The notes: generated by a model from the letters alone, not told the origin. 64,000 nt of DNA from Enoplolaimus lenunculus (GCA_030248215.1 JASANG010002092.1:372001-436000); one strand, 5' to 3'. Counted from the first letter of the stretch, positions 12,101 to 25,433 are shown. Program-made: numbers and translations.

Positions 12101-15100
12101 ATTATCTACTACCTCCAGTTAGTTGGACAACTTCAGCTGTTGCAGCGCCCATCGTCGCCAGTTGTGTTTCCACTTGCTGTTTGTTCGTTTCCATTTCTTG
12201 TTCCTTCCACTTTATCGATGCCTGAAATGCCAATTAATGGCTTCACACGCAAAATTATTCCTTGCCCTTCATGTCAAGTCCTCCTATTTCAACAAAATTC
12301 TGTCTACACGGCTAAGCGCAGTCAACCAGTACTCCTTTGTTGAATAATTGTGTAAGCTGAATGGTTTACTAAAGTTTGAACAGCCCGACACTTATACGAC
12401 TGTAAATCCGACCCGAGTGGGGATGATTATGCTCCTTTTATAGAAAGTCCTAGACTTATGCTTGGTATTACTATGTGTCAATGCCTAAAACCAAGACTGG
12501 ATAATGCATATTTAAGAAACGATTATTACACAGGTTGAATTGTTAAGGTGCGAAAATGACAAGTTAGACACAATTATCAATTTTTGCTAAAACTCAGTCA
12601 ACGTACCACATCGTCTCCAAGCGGCGGTAATTCGATTCGCTCTTGCAATGAAATTTCGGCTTTTTCAATCGCGTGTTCTGCAGTTTCAATTGTACCGATT
12701 AACGCACGTTGTGATTTACTCATCGTATCGTACACCTTCGGTTGTTGACCCTAAACGAGTTATCGTCATGTTAACATAAAAATATCAAATTGTATTGTCT
12801 GAAAAAAGGCAGCTTCTAGTCTATCATATGTTTCCAGCCGGCAAACATGTCTCAGCGATAAATATTTTAAGCGCAATCCAATTGTATTGTAATAAAAATA
12901 AAATTGACAATTAGTACGACTTTTCCGTTGTTTAAAATTTTTTATAATTTAGTGAATATTTTCAACTTTTAAAAGCTAAACCTTGTTCACCGACACGTAT
13001 CACTTGTACTGTAAAGAAATTCGCTTAAACCTGGATATAATTTGTAATAATCAGTCCTTGAAAGCAATTTAGCACATTTTAATACTAACTTCATAAGTCA
13101 CACCAACTCTACGATAAATATAAAATACTGTTTGAAAATTATGCACACAATCTAAAAAGGAGAGGAGTTTGTGCCTTTCACGTTGTAAATTGATCAATCA
13201 TATCTGCGACAAAACTACCGCATGACGTACTACAGGCTTAATTTCTTAATATTATATTACCAAGCAACGTGTGCTGGTAACTAACAAAATAAACATGTCT
13301 ACTAACACAAAAAGCAAAACTAAAATAAAACCAACAACCGGTTAGATTCATAATAAGGCAACAAAACTGGCGAATATCACAGCATTCTCTCACCTTCATC
13401 ATCTATAAATCATTAAAAATCAGCTTTCAAGTAAATCGCAAACATAGTCAAGGTAATACGAATCCTTTGCCTTTTGCATCATTTTGATATTAACGTAAGT
13501 ATAAAAGTCCTTTAAACGTGTTTAGTTTACATCCTACAAATTTTTCACGACCATTTTCAGCTGTTTTCCTCATTAGCACAAAAATTCTTGAATGAAAACT
13601 TTAATTCTCCGATACAGTTAGAGTGGCACTGTACATGTATTGCGGAGAGGACCGTTCTTCGAAGGCGCCTCAGGTCAAAAATCGTTTTATTGTTATGCTG
13701 TGAAACGCGCCATTCACGTGCATTCCGTACGGCGCCGGACGGCATTAAAGTCGTCAAAACGGAGAGCGCTACGCTTACGCTCAAAACTGTACAAAGCGCT
13801 ATACGAAAGAGGTGTCTACGGTGTGACTGAAAGCAGCATTGAGCTACATTCAATTAAATATGAACGGCAAAAAACCGCAAACATAAAACGGGTAAACATT
13901 GTTTTAAGGCTACAAGTTAATACAAGACAGTCTATCGAAAGTATAAAGAGTACAAAAACGAGAATGATACAGAAGCCAAACCACAATTTCTATAGTTTCA
14001 TCTATATACAAAATTATTTATAATTTTCTCCACAATAAACGCCCGTTCCACGCCTTGGGCTAAATTAGGCAAAACAAAAACCAACCTCAGTTTTGTTTTA
14101 AACAAAGTTGAAACAGCAAACAGAGCAAAGCTTGAACACAACAATTACTGCAAAAGCAAGAAGCTTTAAGAAAGGAAGCAAACACAATTCTCACCTGAGG
14201 AGGTAAATGGGTACTCAGCACTTGCCCTCCAATCGCACCGTATTGTGGCGCACGCTGCAGTGATCCTGACGAATAAGGCAACTCTCCTGAAACAATCAAA
14301 TTCCAACAATGAAGAAAGCAAAAATACCAAATGTTAGTAAACTGCGAATTAAGGTAAAACTACACAACTAAAGTAAAATCTTCACATAAGCCACAATTAG
14401 AGTTAATCCATGTCTCTGCAACTCAGCTAATATGTTTAGCGTAAGATACCATTGACACCAGCCCGCATAACTCCAGGCAACGCGATATGAGCTTCTTCGG
14501 CGTGGCCTTCTTTTATCGTTCCGTGCGACATTAATGTTGCTCTAAAATCAAACGAAATTTATCATGCCGGAAATGCATTTGCTCCTATTTGCACCAGGGC
14601 GCAACCGGATACCAAAAATGATGGAGCTGGATAATTAATTCAAGTCTATTACTAAATGACATTCAAAAGATATCAGAACGAAGCTAAGAATTCTTCCTTC
14701 TGTAGCCTAACCTAACATTCCACGCCGATGCGTTTTATAACTCTTTAACAACGATCCTACTCCTCTACTCCACTATTCTAAGTTTTTATAGCATTGCGTT
14801 CAGTTGCAATTTTTTTTGGCCGATGTTACTTTTAAAGGCATCCAGTTTGCCCTAAGTAGTAAGAAATAGATGCCGTTTAGGAATAAAACTGTTATTTTTG
14901 CTTAGGTTAAGGTTTAGGAATAGGAGAAATACTCGGAAATACTGTTACGCCCATAAAATAACGCTGGTCACATTTATCAAGTTTTCCAGAGCTGCGTGCA
15001 CATGTAAACATTTACAGCACATGTATGAGAGAAAAATACGTAAAGAAAGTCAATCAGCTCCATGGCAGTCGGCATAAATAGAAACAATGGTTTCAATTAC

Positions 15101-18100
15101 TTGAAGTTTGCCGTAGCCGGAGACTGATATCCATTTGCACCATTACTTTCGCTAAGAGAAAAAACCAAAATAACTCATTTCATACACCCACCATTCCATG
15201 TCTGTGAGCAATTAAAAGTTTAAAGCGCGGCAAAAAACAGGAGAGAGAAAAGCAATAAAACCTGAAGCACTTACTTTGCAGGTGCTACCATATCCTCAAG
15301 CATTGTGGACCCCTCATCGCCATCGATTCCAAAATGATCTTTCGCTTTCTTCTGAAACAAAATTTATGAAACAACAATTTAAAGTGTTTTCATAATTCAA
15401 GGTCTATCAACAATCTGAACAGCAGAAATCCGGTTTATTATTTTCAGATAAGTGCGACATGTTAATTATTTCGTTAGAAATGCAATATAAACCCATATTC
15501 TTACCTTTTTCAATATGATATCAATATATCCAGCGATCAGCTGGGCAATCTTTTCACCATCCGCGGTTTGAACTGAATAATAACTATCTTGGTAGTCACC
15601 AAAATCCTAGAAAATGTACATATGCTTACAAAAACTTGTAGCTCCGACTGAATTGCAGGAATCGAGAGGCATAATATACATTAATTGCATTTCTTAAAAT
15701 ATGTAAAAAATTGGGTACACCTGCAAAAAGGCAGCTACCGCCATGTCACTTAATTTTCAAATTAGTCTGAGTAAAATTTCAATTAAAATTTCAAGCACAT
15801 TCGGTGGGTGTTCAAACGTTAAAATCTATTACTAATTGACGGTAACGGATATGTATTTTTGCTGAAACCACATCTTTCAGGATTACGGTATTCATGCTAC
15901 AAAATCTTAAAATCAGAGTTTCAGCAAATTAATTTTCACGACTTACCAAAGTAAACGTATTTGGTGAAACGGCCTACCGGCGAACTTGTTCCAAAGGTTC
16001 TTCAAATTAATTTTCCCGACTTACCAAAGTAAATGTATTTGGTGAAGCGGCCCACCGGCGAACTTGTTCCAAAGACCATATTTGTAGGATCTGTTTCGTT
16101 TTCTCATCAATTCGCATAACACATTCTTTATTGACACCCAGAAGACGTGGTGCGAGACGGTTTTTTCCTTTGATTTTTTCCTGTAAAACATCAAATACAA
16201 ACAAATACAGATATAAATATTAAAGCTTGAGCGGGTTACTGCATAGTAAAATGTCATGTTCTATTAGAAAACAGTGCTGAAATGTCAAAATTGCACGAAA
16301 ACCCAAATTTGAATATATTTAAAACATATAAACTCCAGAACGAGCACACGGCAAATATTTATATTTGCCAGGCAAATACTGCTTATTTACTTAAGTAGGC
16401 AATTCGCAACACACTTAGTTGAGAGATTACTTTAAAACGCAATTTCACGTGTATAACACTTTACACTAGAGACTTTAGGTAATCCGTGGCAAGTGTTCAT
16501 CTAAGGTACAAAAATTTAGAAAGAGCGTATCACTAAACTTTTGTCCAAAAGATATGCCTTTAGCTGAGACTGTTGACTAACTATAGAGGTCTGCCCACTG
16601 ACAAGCAAGATGATGAAGAGACCCGAAGAGTTACGCTTAGGATTACGCTTGCCTGTAGGCTTACGCTAACGGTTATGAGAAACCCTTATAATTAACATGG
16701 GTTATTGCAAGCAAAAATAGCTGTTACCTTTACAAGAAAAAACGTAACACCATACGTTTGCAAAGATCTACACCGCTGTGTGTACGTGACTTTAGCATCC
16801 ACTTCGGGTGTTCCGTGGTTCTTTTTATATTCCTAACAAATCAAAAAATAATGATTTAAATACAGCACGCAGATAGATGTACGTCTCTGAAAATTGACAT
16901 GAATTCAATGGTTACTTTAAAGTTTAAAACGATTGCAAACCAGAGCAACATGATGAAGCATCAAATCACAAATGCAAGTCATAAAATACAAACCGTGAAA
17001 ATTCGTTTTTCAGCGTTCTTGACTTTGACGTACTCTTTCGGCAAAAATTCTCGGACGCTGAAATGTAAAAACTTAAACCGATTATACCCATTGTGTGTTA
17101 CTATGTATATCATAATACGCAAACATCAATTGATTCATCCTAACGGAGATTAAACCAAGATAATATTAATATGTAACTAACTAGGTAACTCTACCTAACA
17201 GCCACAAAACACTCGAGTCAAAAAAGCAGATCTTTGATAAATATCGTTTCCCATCACCAATTATTTCTGTGACCCACAAACACACTCAACAAACTAACTC
17301 TAAGAATCCCGAGCGATGTTTTGTTTCCTGATAATCGCCAAACTGAATTTGACATTGAAGACCAGCAAAAGCAAAGGCCTCATCTTGCGATACAGGATGC
17401 GTACCGTCCAAAATTCCGTTCCGGCACTGAAAATAATACTAAATAATGTAAAACATAATAAAATAAGTTTGACTAAGTAATAACAAAAGCGTATGATGTT
17501 AATCATTCAAAAGTATGCAAACGACCTTGAATGTCGTAATCCAATTAAAATTCGAATTGCATTATCTTACTAGACAAGGGCGTAGGTCAGACAGTTCTGA
17601 TGTCAATTCCACACTGTTTGATTTTTGTCTGGTGGTTTTATATTTTTTAGTTCGTAAATAATCCCAATTAAAAATTCTTACAGAACAATATTAACCTTTC
17701 CACAGTTGCTGGCTTCGCCCCTGATACCTAACGCTATGCCAAATTTATCATAACTAAGATGCTTACTACTTACAATTTTAAGTTTCCATTATACTGTTGA
17801 ACCCATTGATAATCAAAAAACATCCCAATACGAGCTGCGACATTCACTAATGCGCACATTGCAATAATATTACTATGTGAAATATTTGCTCCAACATAAT
17901 ATTTTGCTTTGCAATGATACTTACCTGAACGTATAGCAAGTTCAATTGGACTGGATCTCTGGCATCAATGTTCTGGTCCGAAAAGAAATATTTCCGACGA
18001 AGCAAAAGTGTTTCGTTTTCATCAATTCCTTGTTCGCGCAGTGTTTTGGAATGATCAATCCAATTCACTTAAAACAATACAAGTGTGATAATTATTTCAA

Positions 18101-21100
18101 GTGAAGGTCAAAACAACTTAAAGGTCAAGCCAATGCCATGATATCGGAATTTTTTCGGACCGCGCCAAAATCATCATGAATTATCTCCACAAGACAAACA
18201 CCATAGGGCATCAATTTCCACGGTATAACAAGTGTTCCATAATCAAGTTGCAGCATAACCTTACTGCCTTCTTAACTATATAGTATATACCATTATACGT
18301 CAAAAACAAATGTCACTACCTGTGGCTACACTGACATTATAAGAAAAATCGATACCAGTCGTAGCAACTACATATATTGCGCGAAAATGAGACATGATTC
18401 CTACTTACATCCGAATGCTCAAATACCCAATGATCCACAAAATTCAATTGTATAGTAAACACGGAAGCATAAGATATCAGCACACTGTTACAGGTCACAT
18501 AACTAACATAATAAATTATCGAGTAGTTTCCTAATTTGAAAATTTTTCAATATTTTCTAAACGCTATATTTAAATTTGCTTGTATGCATATTAGCTTTTA
18601 GCTAGTTATTGATTTATTTGATTTGGACCTTTGTACAGTTTAGTAAGATTCCTTACACCGAAAAACCGTTTAGCACTTAAATAAGACACCTTATATCCTT
18701 AATAATAAGTGAAATAATCTAATTTAGGCTTAATTAATTATACTAATATACTAGTTAGTTAGTAGCTAGCAGGATTCCAACAGGAACTAAATTTTGCCGG
18801 AACAGGAACAGGAAAAGGAATTGAATTTTTATGCAGGAACCGGAATAGGAACAGGAACCGGAGTTTGAATAAATTTCATCATCGAATTCCTGTTGGGCTT
18901 TTTAGAAAACTTGCCAAAAAATGGCTTAAGGGAATTTTCAGCTATTTCATCATTAAGTTTTGCGAAAACACATTAGGAACAATTTAGTAACAGAATTGAA
19001 GTGGGTATATACAAAACACTAATTTTGACATAAAAAATTTCTCAAAGACAAAGTTTCCAATATTTAAATGATTATGAATGATTGGCCACAATACCGTAAA
19101 AAATTCCGGTTCCTGCATCTTTAAATGAAGGAACAGGAACTGGAACAGCAATTGAATTTTTATTCCGGTTGAACCCTGGTAGCTAGCAATTAATTCATCT
19201 TCTTAAAACACTTGTAAACGTTAAATTCAAATTCTACGAGCGCAAAAAACCTTTTAGTACTACATTCAGTAATTTCTGAGATTCACGTCAGACGCAGACG
19301 GAGGCACATCCACCTTTCCGCCGCAAGTAGCAGCTTGCACCAGATGTGTCGAAATCAATGACGAACTAGTGATATAAGCTGCACGTTGGAAAATGATTGT
19401 AAAAAATGTCATTGTGTTTATACAAAAACCTACACTCTTCGTCGGTGTGTAGTTGCTTTCGTAGTTGCTCCATTTTCTTTTCCTTCGATCGTCCAAGGGT
19501 GAGAGTGCCCATTTTACTTTTTTCCTCTTCGCGACGCATAAGAGGTGTTTGCGGAGCCGCTTTCTCATTTTCTTTGTCAGTTTCTCGAACCAACGAATAT
19601 TCCTCATGGTTAGTTATTCCTAAAGATAGCATATTTAAAGTTTATTAAAACTCCACACAATGTTCCAATGTCAAAAAACAAGCGTATCCAGTCATTGTTA
19701 TACTAGTAGTCATAACTGGACTGCATCATTCCTCAGATCCACAAATGTAAACAATATCACCTTGTTTAAGGTGTATGCCCCTTTATGTAGGCTCAGGTAC
19801 GTAATTATAAATTTACGAAACTATTCTTACCAATCCTTGTACAAATAACGACCATAAGTTGCCCAACTGGCTGACTATCATCAACCAAAAGCGTTTTGAC
19901 TGCGCCATCAAGCATGCGGACTCTCAAAGTGCGGATTTTCTTTTTATATTCTAGCATATCCTAAAACAAAAATATGTTTTTAATCGGCAAGTACTTAGTG
20001 GCGAAATCAAGTCGATAATGTAAAAGTGACAATACAAAACAAATTCTGCACATAATACGTTACATAGGTTGATCGTCGGTATATTTTGCGCTATACCGCC
20101 CGCCTGATTTTTGCCTAATAAACAAGGATCATACATAAACTATATTTCGCGAGAACAAGAACGGATTTTTGCTGAAACAGGAACCGGCTGGAATTCGATA
20201 TAATTTTTGATACCAAATCACTGTTTCCTTTCTTTGAACCTGAGCATAAAATGTTTTAAGTCACAATATTCTATAAATCGCCACAAAACCATGAAAACCC
20301 TTTCCTCAAATGTTTTCACGAAAATTCCCGTGTAACCGTAGCAACTAACCCCTGTACGAACGAGATAATACTCCAACGTTCTACCATTTTCCATCCAGAC
20401 ACCCTTCTTACAATCTTCGTCTGACAAGAACAAACCGTAGTCTTTTGCTAAAAATAATATGAACTGAGTTTAATTTATTGAATTGAAACTTAATGTTCAA
20501 TTGTTCTAACAACACATAGTTATTGGAATTCCCAAAATATACATTAAATATTATTTTATAAAAATGGTAACAGACGATTCTTAATTACACTCACGTATTG
20601 CCTTGCCTTGAAAAATTATCTATTTTTCACGGTACTCTTCACACTCTTGGCTCAGAATTTGAAATATTCGATTTCACATTCAAGATTAATGCTTATGTAA
20701 AAGCTTAGGCTTACGTTGAGGCTTAGGTACACGTTTTCCAAAACCTAGAGTGAGATATGAACTGAAAGAGACATCAAGATGTTTAGATACAGTTGGTCCG
20801 TTCCACAGTCTCTTAAAACTAGAATATCTGAAGTAAATATTGTTGACTCGGTTATGAACCCATTTAGTTCCCTCATCAGGGTGCAAAGCGGAACAGCATC
20901 ATACCGGAATCGGAATCGAAATCGGAACAACAAATTTATACCAGAATCGAAATCAAAACTACAACATTTGTGACCATGCGGATACTTTGCATTAACAAGT
21001 TTAATATTGAGTTAGGGTGTCGGGTAGCTGGCAACAATTTTCAAAAACGTCGCATGAACAAATTGGCAATCATTTTTTGGCTCTGTAAAGCTCAACTACA

Positions 21101-22866
21101 ATGAATTATTGATAAGTTAACTTATCTAAAACAAAATTTAATGGATGAACGATGCAGAATTTTTATACAACATATCACAACAAGTAAGCCTAAAACTAAA
21201 CTGTGGAAATTACGATTCCAATTGATTATGCAATCGGAATAGGAATCGGAACTCGTTTTTAATAAATCAATATATTTGTTATTAAAAACTTTCCGCATAG
21301 TCACAAAATTTGATGTTCCGGTTCCGATATAATCCAGCTCCGTTTTGTACCCTGTTAAGTACTAGTGCTAGTCAAATTAACCGATATCTTGCTGATGTCA
21401 GTTACTGACGGCAGAAAAAAGGTCTATATCTTTGAAGTTGTAAAACTCATCCAAACTCTCTTTATATGATCACTTTCACTATGCCTTGTTCTTGATTACT
21501 GCAGTCGTTTGTATTGCTAGCTGCATCTGCGCATTTGTTATTTGGTTTCCTATCACCAGCATCGTGCTTCTTGGCATGAAAAATGTTCGAAAGCCACTAG
21601 TAGGAACTGTAAAGTTATCGACACAAACTTTACTTGAAATAGACAGAACTACAGCTTTTCTTAAGATCTAAATCAAAATTTACAACTGTAGAATGATTTC
21701 TCTTTGAATGACACTTTTCGGTAGCGTCAGTTTAAACTGACACCGGCAAGATTTGGGTACAGGTTTTTTCATCAACAGTAAATGACAAAATTTCACGTGC
21801 AAACATATTTATAGTATGCGTCTACTACTAAAGTAAGCAATTAGGGTATGTGCCGTCGTACGCTTTTATCTAATCGAGAGTACACCTTAGTGAGAGAGAA
21901 AACAGTTGCCTAGATGTCCTATGGACCACATGTTTCAGAGTTTGAAATTGAAAATTTATGGAAGAATTGACTGAACACGGGATCAAAAACCACTGTTGGT
22001 TCACTATCATATTTAATGTAACCTTTCGAGTACACAAGAGCTGAACTTTGCTACTATAATATGCCAGAGTAAGTACTTATGACGTTGCACACCTTTGAAC
22101 TACGATCGAAAATTCAGAAATTACGTTGTCGCTGGTATTTTTCAGTGCATTGAATGCAATGTTCCGCAAAATGCTTGCCAAAATAGGGTGTTTGCATCAT
22201 TTAAATTGAATTAGAAGCCCAATTTTATTACTACTTAAAACCAAAGGCGATGCGCAGGATTTTTTATAAGAAATATATTTATTACGAACATGCGTTGTCG
22301 AGCAGCATTTTGTGCCATTTTAAGGCTTTCAATGTTGTCCAAAATCCAGCTAAGCAGAAAAGAGCAGAAAACTATGCATTTTAACATTGTTTCTTGTGTT
22401 TCCCATAGCAGTAGTTCTTGTAAATGTTTCGCTGGAACATGGTCCCAGCCTGATGTCAGTTTAAACTGACAGTATATAAAGTCAATGTAAAATGGTCCAT
22501 ATTGCACAATTCTGAAAAGTATGCTTATTTCGCTTGATAATGACATACAAGCAACCCAAATATTGCGGTACCATTCAAATCGTCTGACTTGGATAGATCT
22601 GGGTCAACGTGCTAAATTTCAAACCTAACCATTCGCTGGTTGATTAATCACAATACATATTACCAACTGTAGTAAAACGTGCTACACTCAACTACGAACA
22701 CGTACGTACATAGCAGTAACCCTTACTCACCTTGCCCCATATTCGCCTCAGGCATTTTTTCGCGTATAATCTTGCACGCGTCGTATACAAGCGTTGACGG
22801 TTCAAACTGCATCGTTTTGACCACCCCCTGTTCAGTAATGCTTACTCGTAACGACATAATAACCAT
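152..22866 (-). CDS. tln-1: Talin, 5' part of a multi-exon gene (FERM F0-F3 head, linker, rod R1 to start of R7); continues beyond the left edge
   Basis: Phase-consistent GT-AG exons in transcript order: 22731-22866, 20350-20447, 19831-19960, 19434-19619, 17925-18067, 17299-17426, 16994-17057, 16728-16832, 16025-16180, 15505-15606, 15275-15351, 14450-14541, 14195-14286, 12607-12750, 12113-12221, 11594-11796, 10615-10716, 10200-10469, 9426-9653, 8930-9061, 7300-7428, 6518-6631, 5872-5985, 5389-5523, 5033-5161, 4572-4655, 4071-4295, 3404-3523, 2981-3178, 1858-2029, 152-303 (4269 nt, 1423 codons). Diagnostic talin peptides: VVKTMQFEPSTLVYDAC, GITNHEEYSLVRE, LLRRKYFFSDQNIDARDPVQLNLLYVQ, VRRWAASPNTFTLDFGDYQD, IAQLIAGYIDIILKKKKAKDHFG, ATSQLVACARVVAPTIESPACQEQL, KECDNALRSIQ. 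Confidence 0.97.
2432..2855. mobile_element. hAT-type MITE (family B) in a talin intron
   Basis: Termini CAAGGTTCCAAC...GTTAAACCCTG; perfect 8-bp TSD CTAAACAG at 2424-2431 and 2856-2863; GGAACA/CCGGAA subterminal repeats; homologous to 18770-19178 and 29316-29687. Confidence 0.85.
3524..4096 (-). repeat. Four degenerate tandem copies of a talin exon-end + intron unit
   Basis: Recurring GCTAATGAAC-like motif near 3559, 3723, 3846 and 3975, and a CCC(T/C)G(T/C)AAG-like exon-end motif near 3662, 3818, 3947 and 4071; spacing about 125-165 bp. Confidence 0.7.
7025..7259. mobile_element. Old Tc1/mariner-like MITE
   Basis: Imperfect TIRs CAATCTCGGACAGAATTAAGTG / CACTTAATTGTGTTCTGTGACTG, with TA following on the right. 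Confidence 0.5.
14595..15132. mobile_element. Degenerate hAT MITE (family D) in a talin intron
   Basis: Starts CAGGGCGCAACCGGATAC; collinear similarity with 24296-25433; ATTTGCAC repeated at 14587-14594 and 15133-15140 (TSD); right TIR eroded. Confidence 0.7.
15925..16074 (-). repeat. 72-bp tandem duplication of the talin exon 9 3' end plus its donor site
   Basis: 15925-15996 closely matches 16003-16074 (period 78); the intronic copy has TGG changed to TAG. Confidence 0.9.
18770..19178. mobile_element. hAT MITE (family B) inserted in a HINE remnant
   Basis: CAGGATTCCAAC...GTTGAACCCTG; perfect TSD GTAGCTAG at 18762-18769 and 19179-19186. Confidence 0.85.
20877..21354. mobile_element. hAT-like MITE (family C, GGAATC subterminal repeats)
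   Basis: Termini CAGGGTGCAAAGCGG...CCGTTTTGTACCCTG; homologous to about 23779-24136, 38040-38436 and a partial inverted copy near 45900-46065; no clean TSD. Confidence 0.7.
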
Positions 22867-24295
22867 GATTGCAGTATGTTTATCCTTTTTAATCCAAATC
22901 AAAAGTTATAAAAAATTAATTCAATTATTTCTCGACAATTGTGTAAATGCCGGATCGAACGAAAATAAGTCTATGTTAATCTGCTCTATATCCAGTATCC
23001 AGAATAGCATACAACAGCACGCTTTTGACTTTTCCAAACAAATATGCAAGGCCAAACTGTACGTTTTGATCGCTTCCGATTTGTTGATTTACACGACAAG
23101 GATCGAAACAGCAGCTCAATTGCAAGGGCAATCGGAATATAACGGTAAAATCATTTGTACATAAAATTCATCTAAATAAACGCGTTTCTGTACAGCAAAA
23201 ACACTACAATATAATTATTACTGCTTATAATAAAAATGCCCTGGAAAAGGTATATACTTGTTTAGTTCCCCCATATTTATTGAGTATGTGGAACGGGCAC
23301 GTATTACTTTCCAATCAGAAGGCGAACCGCACCCTTGAACAACCCCAATTTCAAGGGACCGCAACGGACCCTAGGCAGGATGGGCTCTGTTGCCCCGAAA
23401 AGCCCAACGTCAAGCAATCCATTACTGTAACAGTTTAAAATTCAAATGACATATATATTCTTATGTGTTTTGTCACTCTAGTACGAGAACCGCTTTACGC
23501 GAAATGTTTGGGGGTGGAAGCCTCGCCACCTGCTTAGGGTCCCTTGGAAAATGTGAGGGGAGGGCCAGAGGGCGGCAGCGTTCCTGATCGGAAAGTAGGG
23601 GAATATTTTTTGGGGTTGTGCCGATTAATCAGTATCGATAATAATCGACACTTTTAAAATTGCGGATTGGTTGCCGATACATTTTACGCATAACAGTCAG
23701 TTGGCATGCCATCTATTTCATTTCTGGGCAACTAAATAAGCACCCTGGAAAATATATATCCACTTTCAGTATCCAAAGCAAGGTGCAAAGCGGAACTGGA
23801 TTATACCGGAATTGGAATAGGAATCGGAACTAGTAATTTTATGACTGTACGGATAATTTGTATTGAAAAATACAATTTTTAAAAAGGTCGCATGAACAAA
23901 TTGGCAATAATTTTGGTTCTGTAAAGCTAAACTGAAATAAATTATTAATAAGTTACCTCATCAAAAGCAATTTAATAGATAAATAACACAGAAATTTGTG
24001 CAACGTATCACAACTAGTAAGATTAAAAAGATTTAATTTCAAAATTCAGATTCCGATTGATTGTGCAATCAGAATCGCAATCGAAACTCGTTTTGAATCG
24101 GAATTGTAATCATAATCGGAATTCCGGTTGCACCCGGTGCCAAGCTTTGATAGTTGTACCGTCGGTTTGTTTTCGACATTCAAGTTATCCAAAACATCGA
24201 TGTTTGGTAATTTCTGATTAATACTCGCAGAACTTATTTCAACATTCAGTATCTGTATATATCTGAAATATCACTTGCCTTGCGCAGTAAAAATC

Positions 24296-25433
24296 ACGGT
24301 GCGACCGGATGCCAAAAACTGACGGAGCCGGATAATCTAATATCCGGCTGGAACCGGAGCCGGAAAATCTAATATCCGGCCGTAGTTGGATAATTTAATA
24401 TCCAACCGCAGCCTAAGCAGATAATGAATTCAAATCTAATACTATATTGCATTCAACTATCAGAACGTAGCTTACAATTCTTCCTTCCGTGGCTTAAGGT
24501 ACCCAAAGTGTTTACCGTGACATAATTTAACATCTCTCACGATGCCATTCTAATACTGTAACAACGTCCCTATACTATTTATGTTTTATAGCGTTGCGTT
24601 CAGTTGCAACATTCGTTTGGCCCATGTTCCTTTTAAGGGCATCCAGTTGTCCGTAGGTACTATAAAACAGAGGTAGCTAAAATTAGGGATGGGAGTCTCG
24701 TTCTCAGTCTCGGCAAGTCTCGGTATTTGGCAGGTCTCGGTTTCTTGAGTCTTGATGGTATGGAACCGACACTAGAAGTCGAAGATTCAGCAAATGCTGG
24801 TAGACCTGTACAAAGCAGAAGTTAATATTGTAGAAGCAAGTAATGCCTGATAAAAAAACTTCGCTATGAATCTGTGAATTTTCATAGTTACGCAATAATT
24901 ATTAGCAGATATTCTGCAAACACACAAAAAATTACGAAAAAATACAAAAACCTACGAAAAAAGCATTAGAAATATTTTATTAAATTGTTATTTTCTTCGA
25001 TGATGACCAAAAGTCGACCGAGACTTCATGGCCGGTCTTCGCCCATCCCTGGCTCGGAGGATTATGGTTATTATTTTCGCTTAGGCTTAATTATAAGCAC
25101 ATTTTTACGCTGAAGTTTAGGCTTAGCCTTAGGAATAACAGAAATATGCTGGGACATATTGTGTTACGCATCTAGAATAACGCTAGGCATCTATATCTGG
25201 TGTTTCAGCCTTACTGTAACCCAGTAAACATTGTGAACGTACACAGTCACATGCAAACATTTACATTACATGTGTGACAGAAAAAATATACAAAAGTAAG
25301 TCAATCAGTTCGATGGTACTTAGCATAAATACGAATGATTGTATAAATTTTTTGAAGTTTTTAAAAGTAATATCCGGCAAGTTAAAAGCCGGATGTCGAT
25401 TTTTTGCCCGGAGACGGATATCCGGTCGCACCA
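24296..25433. mobile_element. hAT MITE (family D) with a nested family E element at about 24684-25051
   Basis: Outer ends ACGGTGCGACCGGAT...ATCCGGTCGCACC; inner ends TAGGGATGGG...CCCATCCCTG with GTCTCG repeats. Confidence 0.7.

Noticed and set aside
15101..15151. Orthology to the 51-nt human TLN1 exon 17b
   Set aside because: Same size but a different position; the equivalent junction (EFQ|DIL, intron 10470-10614) shows no in-frame exon candidate.
22679..23164. 161-aa plus-strand ORF
   Set aside because: Antisense shadow of talin exon 1 with no recognisable motifs.
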